NCBI GenBank assembly: GCA_945870085.1
Contig: CAMBQX010000002.1
Coordinates: 1-37,824, forward strand
Source of the DNA: Bifidobacterium breve
GTDB lineage: Bacteria; Actinomycetota; Actinomycetes; S36-B12
Reading direction: 5' to 3'
Length of the DNA stretch: 37,824 nucleotides
Part shown: positions 28,217-36,527 of the stretch, in pieces
How positions within the stretch are numbered: position 1 is the stretch's first letter
Layout of the letters: each line of letters starts with the position of its first letter
The notes under the pieces: generated by a model
The model's input: only the letters and a program-made list of their open reading frames with translations
Database searches by the model: none
What the model was told of the DNA's origin: nothing
Translations under genes and position numbers: made by a program

Positions 28217-30181
28217 GTGGTGGCCGAAACAGTCCTGCAGATTACGGGACTGTCGAAGACCTTCGGGGCAACTCGAGCGCTCATTGATGTTGACTTCAGT
28301 GTGCAAGCGGGTGAGGTTCATGGGCTTGTGGGGCGAAATGGCTCAGGCAAGTCCACCCTCATCAAGGTGCTTAGTGGTTACCACGTTCCCGACCCAGGGA
28401 GCCAGCTCACTCTTGGCGGGCGAGAAGTCCAGTTGCCCATTTCTGGTCGGCAAGCCGCGGCCCACGGCCTGGTGTTTGTGCACCAAGATCTAGGCTTGGT
28501 CCCCGCCTACAGCGTGCTAGAGAACATCCGGCTCAATTCTTGGAATGCCCACGGCTTCGAGCGTATTCATTGGAAAACCGAGACCGCGGAGGTTGAGGAA
28601 GAATTAGACCGCTTTGACCTTAATGTCAGGGCAGAAACACCAGTCGCGGCTCTTTCCCAGGTTGATCGTGCGATCGTCGCGATCGTAAGGGCGATGCATC
28701 ACCTTGGTAAGGACGGAAGAGGCAAGGTACTCGTGCTCGATGAGCCGACCGCCTATCTACCAAAAGATAGTGTTGAGCGAGTCTTTGAGGCCGTACGCAC
28801 CGTGGCCCAAACCGGAGCCGGCGTGGTCCTCGTCAGCCACCGCACGGACGAGGTGCTTTCACTCACCGACCGCATTACCGTCTTGCGTGATGGGCGCAGA
28901 GTTGACACTTTGATTACTTCTAAAACTGATGAACAAACTTTGGTCTCACTCATTCTTGGCCAAACCCTGTCGTCTTTCTACCCTGATCAGGTCACTGCAA
29001 AGTACGGCGATAGAGTCCTTGAAGTCGAAAAATTAAACGGTGGTCTCGTGCGGGATTTTAATATTACTGTTAACCGCGGTGAAATTGTCGGCCTTACCGG
29101 GCTAATGGGCGCCGGTCATGACGAAGTCCCCTACTACATTTTCGGAGCCCGGGATGCAAGTTCGGGACACATTGTCGTTAATAACCAAATACTGAAAACC
29201 CAAAAAGCCAGGCCTTCTAAAGCAATCGCAGCCGGTGTAGTGCTCCTCCCTGCCGATCGGCTCAATCTTTCAGGATCGGCCGCGGCCTCTGTCGAGGACA
29301 ACGTCGTGGTTCCGGTTTTCTGGCGCTACTTCTCCGGTGGTCGATTGAAGCTTGCCCAGATTCGCACACGCGTCAATTACCTGCTTGAGACCTTCGATGT
29401 CCGACCGGCACTACCCACTCTCGAGTTTAGTTCACTCTCGGGAGGCAATCAACAAAAGACCCTGCTTGCGAAATGGCTGCAGATGGAACCCGCCCTTCTG
29501 CTACTTCATGAGCCAACCCAGGGCGTAGACGTTGGCAGCAAGTCTGAAATTTTCTCCCGCATCACCGATGCGGCCGAAGCAGGTGCAGCGGTCATCATCG
29601 CGAGCGCTGAATATGAAGATCTTGCGAATTTGTGCACCCGAGTCCTCGTATTCGACAGCGGTCGCGTGGTGGGGGAAGTCTCTGGGGCTGAAATGTCGGC
29701 GGATCGCCTCCTCGATCTTTGCTACCGGGGCGCCCGCGCACGTGGAGCACACGGAATGATCTTTCAGTGGCGCCCCTACCGGATTGGTTTCGTTCCTCAA
29801 GGAATAGAGCCGGAGTTCATTGAAACTCCAGCTCCAGTAAGTGTTTCATATGTTTTTCAGTGGCGCCCCCACCGGGTAGGTTTTGTTAAACTTCTAACTT
29901 TGCAGAAAGCAATGGAGCCGGTTGCCACACCTTCACTAGAGCGTGTCTTTCAATGGCGCCCCCACCGGGTAGGTTTTGTTCCTCAAGGAATAGAGCCGGA
30001 GTTCATTGAAACTCCAGCTCCAGTAAGTGTTTCATATGTTTTTCGGTGGCGCCCCCACCGAGTAGGTTACGTTGAACTTCTAACTTTGCAGAACTCAATG
30101 GAGCCGGTTGCCACACCTTCACTAGAGCGTGTCTTTAGGTGGCGCCCCCACCGGGTAGGTTACTTTGACGCTGCCGAGTGA
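28217..30181 (+). CDS. Tandem-domain sugar-type ABC ATPase (RbsA/MglA-like). The core ends near aa 505-513, and the ORF runs on in frame through a repeat array
   Basis: GTG start after AAGGGAAGGGA. NBD1 has GRNGSGKST and VLVLDEPT. NBD2 has LSGGNQQK and LLLLHEPTQGVD. The ATPase-like sequence ends around ...SADRLLDLCYRG. The last ~141 codons (29756-30181) are the repeats. Whether that tail is translated as part of the ATPase is unresolved. Confidence 0.8.
   Translation: MVAETVLQITGLSKTFGATRALIDVDFSVQAGEVHGLVGRNGSGKSTLIKVLSGYHVPDPGSQLTLGGREVQLPISGRQAAAHGLVFVHQDLGLVPAYSVLENIRLNSWNAHGFERIHWKTETAEVEEELDRFDLNVRAETPVAALSQVDRAIVAIVRAMHHLGKDGRGKVLVLDEPTAYLPKDSVERVFEAVRTVAQTGAGVVLVSHRTDEVLSLTDRITVLRDGRRVDTLITSKTDEQTLVSLILGQTLSSFYPDQVTAKYGDRVLEVEKLNGGLVRDFNITVNRGEIVGLTGLMGAGHDEVPYYIFGARDASSGHIVVNNQILKTQKARPSKAIAAGVVLLPADRLNLSGSAAASVEDNVVVPVFWRYFSGGRLKLAQIRTRVNYLLETFDVRPALPTLEFSSLSGGNQQKTLLAKWLQMEPALLLLHEPTQGVDVGSKSEIFSRITDAAEAGAAVIIASAEYEDLANLCTRVLVFDSGRVVGEVSGAEMSADRLLDLCYRGARARGAHGMIFQWRPYRIGFVPQGIEPEFIETPAPVSVSYVFQWRPHRVGFVKLLTLQKAMEPVATPSLERVFQWRPHRVGFVPQGIEPEFIETPAPVSVSYVFRWRPHRVGYVELLTLQNSMEPVATPSLERVFRWRPHRVGYFDAAE
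29756..30166. repeat. Tandem array of five 33-nt cores at exact 93-bp spacing, with two alternating 60-nt inter-core segments (186-bp higher-order unit, ~2.2 copies)
   Basis: Cores start at 29762, 29855, 29948, 30041 and 30134 (TTTCAGTGGCGCCCCCACCGGGTAGGTTTTGTT-like). Segment A (29795-29854) is identical to 29981-30040. Segment B (29888-29947) differs from 30074-30133 at 3 nt. Confidence 0.95.
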
Positions 30182-30897
30182 GGCTTCGCAGCGAATACCT
30201 CAAGCCTGACATAGTCGACGCAGCGATCACCCATTGTGCGCGCAACCTGCGTTCGCTGCTCATCGCTGAGACGATGAAGAACAACATTTTTTAGGTAGTC
30301 AAGGTAAATCACGTCTGTTTGAAAAACTGCAGGTGCGATCCGCAGATTAACCTCTATCGGAGTAAGCCCCACGCATCGCAAGTGGCCAATAGTTTCGTCC
30401 ACCCCAGCGTAATGCCAAAGTGGCAACAAGTCTCCAGCGGAGACAGCATCAACGGCCGCCAGAAGACGCTCAATATTACCCTCGCCGCCTGCATCAATTC
30501 GCACGCGGCCCCCAGGTTTGAGGACTCGGGCAACCTGCTCCCAAGCACGTTCAGGCCTCCCCAGCCAGTGAAAAGCAGCGACCGACATCACCGCGTCTAC
30601 GCTTTCTGTTTCAACCGGCCAGGTTTCCATGAGATCAGCAGCGCAGATTTTCACCTGCGCAGAGCCGATGAATCGGCGTTCACATGCGGCACGCATCGTA
30701 GGTGAAGAGTCCAGCCCGATGATGGAACCACGCGGCAAACGAGATAGCGCGAGAGCAGCGTCTCGCCCGCTGCCACAACCGGCATCAACGAGGATCTCGT
30801 TACCGTTGAGTTCCATTTTGTTAACAACCCTTTGCCCCCACTCTTCGTGCGGCAGCGGCAGTGCTTCATACCTGTCAGGGTCCCAAGAAATGGTCAC
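30160..30897 (-). CDS. Class I SAM-dependent methyltransferase, trans-aconitate-methyltransferase (Tam)-like
   Basis: GTG at 30897 overlaps the selD stop (GTGA); the track ORF is over-extended to 31056. N-terminal WDPDRYE, SAM motif I VDAGCGSG, then GLDSSPTM and AAFHWL, as in Tam. Confidence 0.8.
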   Translation of the reverse strand: MTISWDPDRYEALPLPHEEWGQRVVNKMELNGNEILVDAGCGSGRDAALALSRLPRGSIIGLDSSPTMRAACERRFIGSAQVKICAADLMETWPVETESVDAVMSVAAFHWLGRPERAWEQVARVLKPGGRVRIDAGGEGNIERLLAAVDAVSAGDLLPLWHYAGVDETIGHLRCVGLTPIEVNLRIAPAVFQTDVIYLDYLKNVVLHRLSDEQRTQVARTMGDRCVDYVRLEVFAAKPHSAASK

Positions 30898-31901
30898 AAT
30901 GTTCGCCCGCCCGCAGTGATCAACACATCCCGCTCTTCTGGATATTTCCGCGCGTGGACGTGACCAATCGGCCAGAAGCCAGCGGGAATGGGACCCGGAG
31001 CAATAGCGGCCAGCAGACCACCGGATGTCTGTGGATCGACCAAAAGAGCAAGCCAATCCTCAGTGACCCGGATATCGGTGCGGGACTGGACCCACTCTAA
31101 GTTCGTATCGTGAGCAGAGGTGCGCCAACCGGCCAAGGCTAGAGCATGTACTCCATTCAAAAGTGGGATCTTGTCAACGGAAAGCGATACGGTGATGTCT
31201 GATGTGACCAAACCCAGCAGATGGCCAAGCAGCCCGTAGCCAGTGACATCTGTGACCGCATGGGGTCCACCCGAAAGACAGGAAAGTTCACGTGCCGCAT
31301 CCATTGCCGGGGTCTGCATCAAATGAAGAGCCTCCGGTAACACTGATGGATCCTGCGAAGTCACAGCAAGTCCAACTCCCAAAGGCTTGCTCAAGACCAG
31401 AACATCACCAGGTTGGGCGCCAATTATGCGCCACACGCGATCAGGATGCACTACTCCCATCACTGAAAGGCCAAATAGTATTCCGTTCGAATGCACGGTA
31501 TGACCACCGGTAATTAGGCCGCCACAGCCGTGCATGACATCTCGAGCGCCCGCCATCATCGCGGCGATGTACTGCACGTCCGTGTCGCGTGGAAACGCCG
31601 CCAAACTGAGCGCACTTAAGACCTTACCGCCCATCGCGTAAACATCGTTTACCGCATTTGCAGCAGCTACGGCTCCCGAGACGTACGGGTCGAGCGTAAG
31701 TGGTGGGCTGACATCCATGGTGGTGACGATGGCACGAGTTGCGTCAAGAATTTGGACCGCGGCATCGTCAGGCACAGTTAGACCAACAAGAAGTTCAGGT
31801 GGATCCTGGACTTGACGAACCTGATCAACCAGCGTTGCAACCAAGTGTGGCGAGGCTTTCGCCGCACAGCCACCACATTCGCGCGGTGGCCGCTCTAGCA
31901 C
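30894..31901 (-). CDS. selD: Selenide, water dikinase (selenophosphate synthetase), Cys-type
   Basis: 335 aa; the GTG start directly abuts the upstream TAG. Aligns with remembered E. coli SelD: N-loop ECGGCAAKASP (GAGCGCKISP), PDDAAV (RDDAAV), TTMDV (STTDF), AAANAVNDVYAMGG (AATNAISDIFAMGG), AVTDVTGYGLLGH (AMTDVTGFGLLGH), DPQTSGGLL. Confidence 0.85.
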   Translation of the reverse strand: MLERPPRECGGCAAKASPHLVATLVDQVRQVQDPPELLVGLTVPDDAAVQILDATRAIVTTMDVSPPLTLDPYVSGAVAAANAVNDVYAMGGKVLSALSLAAFPRDTDVQYIAAMMAGARDVMHGCGGLITGGHTVHSNGILFGLSVMGVVHPDRVWRIIGAQPGDVLVLSKPLGVGLAVTSQDPSVLPEALHLMQTPAMDAARELSCLSGGPHAVTDVTGYGLLGHLLGLVTSDITVSLSVDKIPLLNGVHALALAGWRTSAHDTNLEWVQSRTDIRVTEDWLALLVDPQTSGGLLAAIAPGPIPAGFWPIGHVHARKYPEERDVLITAGGRTL

Positions 31902-33284
31902 CTAGACACCCTGACCACGCCAAATGTTGACGGCCTTGGATGCATCCTTGGCACCTGCAAGCCCCAGCACACTCTCCAAAATCTGCTGTCCAGCCGACCG
32001 AGTCGTCACAATTTCGATATTCGACATGAACTTTTCCTCGATCTCGATTGCCGAGAGTGGGCGCTCATCAGCCCCACGATTGACCGACTCACGATGTCGC
32101 AATTCCCGGCCATCGGTGGTTGTAATTATTACCTCTCCGCAAAAATGCCTAGGGAAAGTACTCTTCGGATCTATCTCGTATCGAACTCTTGACGCCACCG
32201 CCAGACTAGCGGAATCCGACAATGCTTCTAAATCCAGCTCAGCAAGGGTGAACCGTCGGCGGGTAGCTGCCGTCCCGACCAGATAGGCAAGTGAGAACTT
32301 GGCATCGTAATCTGAACATGGAGTCAGTTTTACCTCTGCGGGTTCGCAGACCACCGGGATAATCTCCGCGGGGACAAGGCACAATATGTCAGCAATATCA
32401 TCGGCGACAAGATCATTTTCAATAACAAGTGCCAAGGTGGCGTCCATGAAAGCATGAGTGAAGTGGCAGGCTGGGTAGGGCTTGATCGCCACACTGAGCA
32501 GTTCCCACTCCTCACCCAAAGCTCGGGTAGCCGCCTGCAAATCAACCTCATGGCCATCAGGGACGTGCGATGCGTACAGCCCAAACCGCCCTTCATAAAC
32601 ATCCGGAGGTGCTTGCCACCCCGCCGCCGCGAACCGCGCGGACATAAGTGCGGTGGAAGCAGCCCATCCAGGATGCATGCGCTTGGTCCACGCACCGGTG
32701 TCAAGGAACTGCAGCGAGCCTGCTGCAAGGCTGCCCACAATTCCTTGTGCCGCGGTAATGCCCTTCACGTCGAGGCCGCTCATTCGTGCGGCCGCGACCG
32801 CGGATCCAAAGGCTCCCACCAAACCTGTGGGGTGAAAACCCTTGGCATGGAAACCGCCATGAGCCCCTGCTCCCACGCGCGCAGAAATCTCGATCGCTAT
32901 CAGATATCCCAACAGTAGATCAGATCCCAAAAGGTGATCGCGTTCAGCGATGGCCATGGCTGTAGGAAGTGCTGAAGCCGATGCGTGGAGAATTCCAGAC
33001 GGATGAGTATCGTCGTAGTCAAGTCCATGTATAAGGATGCCATTGAGTAAAGCCGCGTCACCAAGCGGTAATCGTTGTGGCATCCCAATGACAGATGAAG
33101 GCCCCTCCCCCGAAGTTGCCAGTACCGCGGCGGCAACGAAATCATCACTGGAACAGGCGTATGCCAGGCCAACACAATCTAGAACATGAAGCGCGGCACG
33201 TTCACGAACTTGCTCCGGCACGTCCTCCCATGTGACGCGATGTGCCCACTCAGCAATGCGTGCAGCAATCGGATCGCTTTTCAT
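31902..33284 (-). CDS. MmgE/PrpD family protein (2-methylcitrate-dehydratase-like)
   Basis: ATG at 33284, 13 nt after the upstream stop, with GAGGAG. The track ORF is over-extended to 33413. Typical N-terminus (IAEWAHRVTWEDVPEQVRERAALHVLDCVG), DYDDTH, and a C-terminal PrpD domain. Confidence 0.85.
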   Translation of the reverse strand: MKSDPIAARIAEWAHRVTWEDVPEQVRERAALHVLDCVGLAYACSSDDFVAAAVLATSGEGPSSVIGMPQRLPLGDAALLNGILIHGLDYDDTHPSGILHASASALPTAMAIAERDHLLGSDLLLGYLIAIEISARVGAGAHGGFHAKGFHPTGLVGAFGSAVAAARMSGLDVKGITAAQGIVGSLAAGSLQFLDTGAWTKRMHPGWAASTALMSARFAAAGWQAPPDVYEGRFGLYASHVPDGHEVDLQAATRALGEEWELLSVAIKPYPACHFTHAFMDATLALVIENDLVADDIADILCLVPAEIIPVVCEPAEVKLTPCSDYDAKFSLAYLVGTAATRRRFTLAELDLEALSDSASLAVASRVRYEIDPKSTFPRHFCGEVIITTTDGRELRHRESVNRGADERPLSAIEIEEKFMSNIEIVTTRSAGQQILESVLGLAGAKDASKAVNIWRGQGV

Positions 33285-33297
33285 GTACCTAACTCCT

Positions 33298-34599
33298 CTA
33301 ACGCTCGGATGTAATTGATGTTTTGCTGGTGTCAAATCGCAGTCCAAGGCTCTCCGCGATGGTGGTTCGCTGCACCTCATCGGTACCACCAGGAATGCGG
33401 AGGTTACGAGCAATCTGGAAAAGCTTGTTAATTGAGGTATCGCGCATCACACCAAGGCCACCATGGACTTGCAAAGCGCGATCGGCCACACGATAGAAAC
33501 TTTCATCGTTACTAACCTTCAGGGCGCAGATGCGGCGAATCTCATCACGCGGCCGGGGGATTCGGTACCACGGGCCCGGAGTATCGATTGCTCGCGCCAC
33601 TTCGAGTGATAACGATCTTGTCTGCAGCCAGTCGACGTACATATCCGCAATCATCCACTGGATCCCCTGATTGGCCCCTAACGGCATACCGGCAATCTGT
33701 CTATCGGTGGCACGTTCTAGTGTCCGCTCAATCAAATAGCGACTCCAACCAGAGCACATTCCGGCTCTTCGCATTCGCGTGTAATTGAATGACATCACCG
33801 CAATATCGAATCCCTGCCCTACTTCACCAAGAATCGCACTCTCTGGCAGCACTAGATCATCAAAAAAAATCTCACCGGTGTACCCGTCACCGAACATTGT
33901 TTGATACAGGTTTCCCAACCGGTACCCACGCGACGCGGCTTCTCGCGTATCGAACATAAAATAGGTAAAAGAACGACGGCCACCTTTTGGATCAGTCACC
34001 GCCAGTATCTGTGCAACATCGGCATCAAAGTAGTTGGTTATGTAGGCCTTGGAACCATTTAACACCCAGTCAGACCCGCGCTTCTCGGCCTTGGTCGACA
34101 TATCGAACAAATTGCTTCCGGCGCCAGACTCGGTAACACCGTGAAGGGAAGTCTTTTCGCCGCGAACGAGCGGATCGGTGAACTCTTGACGCTGGTGATC
34201 GTGAGCGAACAGCAAACGAGGAGTTGCTCCCTCCGACCAGGAGAGAAGAGCCGGGTTGAGACCTACCCCGTAGCCGTATACCAACTCCTCGACATAGATC
34301 ATTTCCTCACGCCCCAACCCGAGCCCGCCAAGGTGCTCCGGAAGGTGTGCGCTGTAGATACCTTTTTTCCCCGCTGCACGCATTATTTCGCGGCGAGCCT
34401 GCACGATTTCGGGGTGTAGCCGCCCATCACTATCCAAAAACTCTCGCTCATTGCTCAGCCGGTGTGCAAGAGATGCCTCACGAGGTTCAACCTCCTCGCG
34501 GTGGAGTTGACGAACTTTTTCGAGAATATCCTTCAGGTGCTCAGGGGCCTGAGCATCTTGCAGCAGAACTTCTGATTCATGTGCCGCCGTGCTTACCAT
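33298..34599 (-). CDS. Acyl-CoA dehydrogenase-fold flavoprotein, non-canonical active-site motif
   Basis: 433 aa. ACAD three-domain layout (HGVTESGAGSN, WVLNGSKAYITN, C-terminal helical domain). The usual YEGT reads PGGT. ATG preceded by AAGGAG, with a 7-nt overlap onto the upstream gene. Confidence 0.8.
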   Translation of the reverse strand: MVSTAAHESEVLLQDAQAPEHLKDILEKVRQLHREEVEPREASLAHRLSNEREFLDSDGRLHPEIVQARREIMRAAGKKGIYSAHLPEHLGGLGLGREEMIYVEELVYGYGVGLNPALLSWSEGATPRLLFAHDHQRQEFTDPLVRGEKTSLHGVTESGAGSNLFDMSTKAEKRGSDWVLNGSKAYITNYFDADVAQILAVTDPKGGRRSFTYFMFDTREAASRGYRLGNLYQTMFGDGYTGEIFFDDLVLPESAILGEVGQGFDIAVMSFNYTRMRRAGMCSGWSRYLIERTLERATDRQIAGMPLGANQGIQWMIADMYVDWLQTRSLSLEVARAIDTPGPWYRIPRPRDEIRRICALKVSNDESFYRVADRALQVHGGLGVMRDTSINKLFQIARNLRIPGGTDEVQRTTIAESLGLRFDTSKTSITSER

Positions 34600-35993
34600 C
34601 GGGAGGACTCCTTCATTATTTGGGGGCGTTCAAGATAAATCGGCTCAGTTTCAGGAACAGGCATTGCAATAGGTGAAAGCGGCAGGGCTGATTTTATCGA
34701 AGCACCCGGTCGGTGCCCGACAAAAAATGGGCGTCGCGCCAAACCATGCAGGAGTGGTGCAATATCAGCAGCGCGTAGCGAACCGAGCGCCCCCGAAAGT
34801 GCCGCGGTTTCCCCGAACTCTCGGACAGAATCCTTGCGCTGTTCAGGAGCGACAACAACTATGGGTGTGGGGTCACCACTGTGCATGAGTAATCCTTCAC
34901 TTGGTGTCGCGTGGTCACCGGTCACAGCAAGCACGAGATCACCCCGATCAATAATGTCAATAAAAGCCGCGATGGCAGCATCGCACGCTTCTATCGCGGC
35001 TATCTTGGCCTCGGGTTTCTTGGTGTGACCGGCTTCATCCGGTGCCTTTGTATGAACATGAATAAAATCAGGACGCTGCTCTTCACCTAGAAGACGAATG
35101 GCCGACTGGACCCGCGCACTCAGGCCTAGCCCGGCGTCCTCCGCGGGCGCAGCGACATCAACCTCGCGCATCCCTAGGGTTCTAGCCAAACCCCGGTAAA
35201 GCGCACTGCTCGTTACCATGGTCCCTTGCACTCCCACAAGATCAAGAAACGAAAGCGGTTGCCCGGCTATAGACGGCCACTTGGTCGTGGGAACGGTAAT
35301 TTCTAAACCTGCGCATACTAGGGTCGCGTGCGCTCCAAGGAGGTACGCCTTCAGCGCCTCAGCTGTGCGCCGCGCCTCGACTAGTCGGCGCCCACCTGCA
35401 ACGACACATTCTTGTAAAGGCACGGGCAGCATCCAAGGGTGCATGTGATCAAAGAGCGGGTCCGAGTCGCTGACCTCGATCGATTCAAGCCCGTGGGCTA
35501 GCAAAACCCACTCTCCGAGTCGTAGTGATTCAATGCTGAATGAGACACCGTCAACGACGAATTCTTCGGTCCATTCCTGCAGAATCCGATTCAAAGTGTG
35601 GGCAATATCGCTGTGCTGCGACCCCATCCGGCCCGTAATTCGCATAACACCATCAACTTGTTCGCCACGCCGGGCTGCCAAGTGCCACATCGGCGTACCC
35701 AGTGGCGGGACTCCACCCTCACCAACCCACTCAAGAAGAGCCCGGCCTGGAAAAGCCAGCTCCGGTAGTCCGAACATCGCCCAATGCGATCGCTCACTCG
35801 AAGTTGCCCAACCTGGTCCAAAAGGCACATGAACACCGTTGGCTCCTCTCGCGGCTAATTCATCCAGAGCCGGAGTCGAAGCAACTTCTAATGGTGTTCG
35901 CCCACCTAGGGACAAACAGGGACGATCACCCAAACCATCAAGGACTACGAGAACGACGGGTAGGTCATCGCGCTGCGGCCACTTCGACTTCAT
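34593..35993 (-). CDS. ApgM-like cofactor-independent phosphoglycerate-mutase family / alkaline-phosphatase-superfamily phosphomutase
   Basis: ATG at 35993 (ATGA overlap); the track ORF is over-extended to 36053. Metalloenzyme motifs VVLDGLGD, ASTPALDELA, HTKAPDEAGH and TGDHATP. Confidence 0.7.
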   Translation of the reverse strand: MKSKWPQRDDLPVVLVVLDGLGDRPCLSLGGRTPLEVASTPALDELAARGANGVHVPFGPGWATSSERSHWAMFGLPELAFPGRALLEWVGEGGVPPLGTPMWHLAARRGEQVDGVMRITGRMGSQHSDIAHTLNRILQEWTEEFVVDGVSFSIESLRLGEWVLLAHGLESIEVSDSDPLFDHMHPWMLPVPLQECVVAGGRRLVEARRTAEALKAYLLGAHATLVCAGLEITVPTTKWPSIAGQPLSFLDLVGVQGTMVTSSALYRGLARTLGMREVDVAAPAEDAGLGLSARVQSAIRLLGEEQRPDFIHVHTKAPDEAGHTKKPEAKIAAIEACDAAIAAFIDIIDRGDLVLAVTGDHATPSEGLLMHSGDPTPIVVVAPEQRKDSVREFGETAALSGALGSLRAADIAPLLHGLARRPFFVGHRPGASIKSALPLSPIAMPVPETEPIYLERPQIMKESSRW

Positions 35994-36520
35994 GTGGTGC
36001 TCATTCTCATTGGCAACCCCGAGGCGACTCCGTCCGGCAGGAGTGGCCGCCATGCTGCTTCATCACCCTTAAGCCAGGCCAGACGAATATCTGTGGCTCG
36101 GACGGCGTGCAATGCGTCGCCCTCGATAACCCTAACCGGGTACCCACCCGTTTGCAGTATCTGCACCTTGTCAGCCTCCCAATTCGTGAAGACCCGAACA
36201 AACTGCACCGCATCCAACGGAATGTAACTGGACCACGCCTTTGGACGATCGAGAGGAAAAGGAACTATGTGACAACGATCTTGCAGGCCCTTGTATTCAA
36301 GGGCCGATTGAATCATGTTCTGACGCTCCCAGTAGGTGAAGGGGTTCGACTCAGGTTGATGCCGATGTGCTGACGATGCATTTGCTTTCCACGATGCAGG
36401 ATCTGGATTAGTAATCCCAATAAAGACGATCTCGGCTTCGGCCAAGGCGATGTTCAATAATTCCCAGTGGCCAATATGAAAGGGTTGAAACCGACCCGTT
36501 ATCCCAGCCCGAGTCAGCAC
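35990..36520 (-). CDS. NadM-like nucleotidyltransferase (nicotinamide-nucleotide adenylyltransferase / cytidylyltransferase superfamily)
   Basis: 176 aa with a GTG start. (H/T)xGH motif GRFQPFHIGH and a second motif, RATDIR. Confidence 0.7.
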   Translation of the reverse strand: MLTRAGITGRFQPFHIGHWELLNIALAEAEIVFIGITNPDPASWKANASSAHRHQPESNPFTYWERQNMIQSALEYKGLQDRCHIVPFPLDRPKAWSSYIPLDAVQFVRVFTNWEADKVQILQTGGYPVRVIEGDALHAVRATDIRLAWLKGDEAAWRPLLPDGVASGLPMRMSTT

Positions 36521-36527
36521 TGCTTCA

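Noticed and set aside
29880-30080. Integron attC-like core sites (GTTAAAC and GTTGAAC match GTTRRRY) at the core/filler junctions
   Set aside because: The units are only 93 bp apart with no cassette ORFs between them. Only two of the five junctions match. There is no inverse core site pairing and no intI gene.
29756-30166. CRISPR array, given regular ~33-nt repeats with fixed-length intervening segments
   Set aside because: The 'spacers' are only two sequences repeated alternately (A identical, B 3 nt different), and they are more conserved than the 'repeats'. The 60-nt spacer length is atypical. No cas genes or leader are present. The pattern fits tandem duplication of a 186-bp unit.
29762-30166. 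GGTGG-CGCCC-CCACC hairpins acting as stacked intrinsic terminators for the convergent genes
   Set aside because: The stems are short (3-6 bp) and not conserved between copies. On the plus strand the T-run precedes the hairpin rather than following it. On the minus strand the hairpin is followed by A residues.
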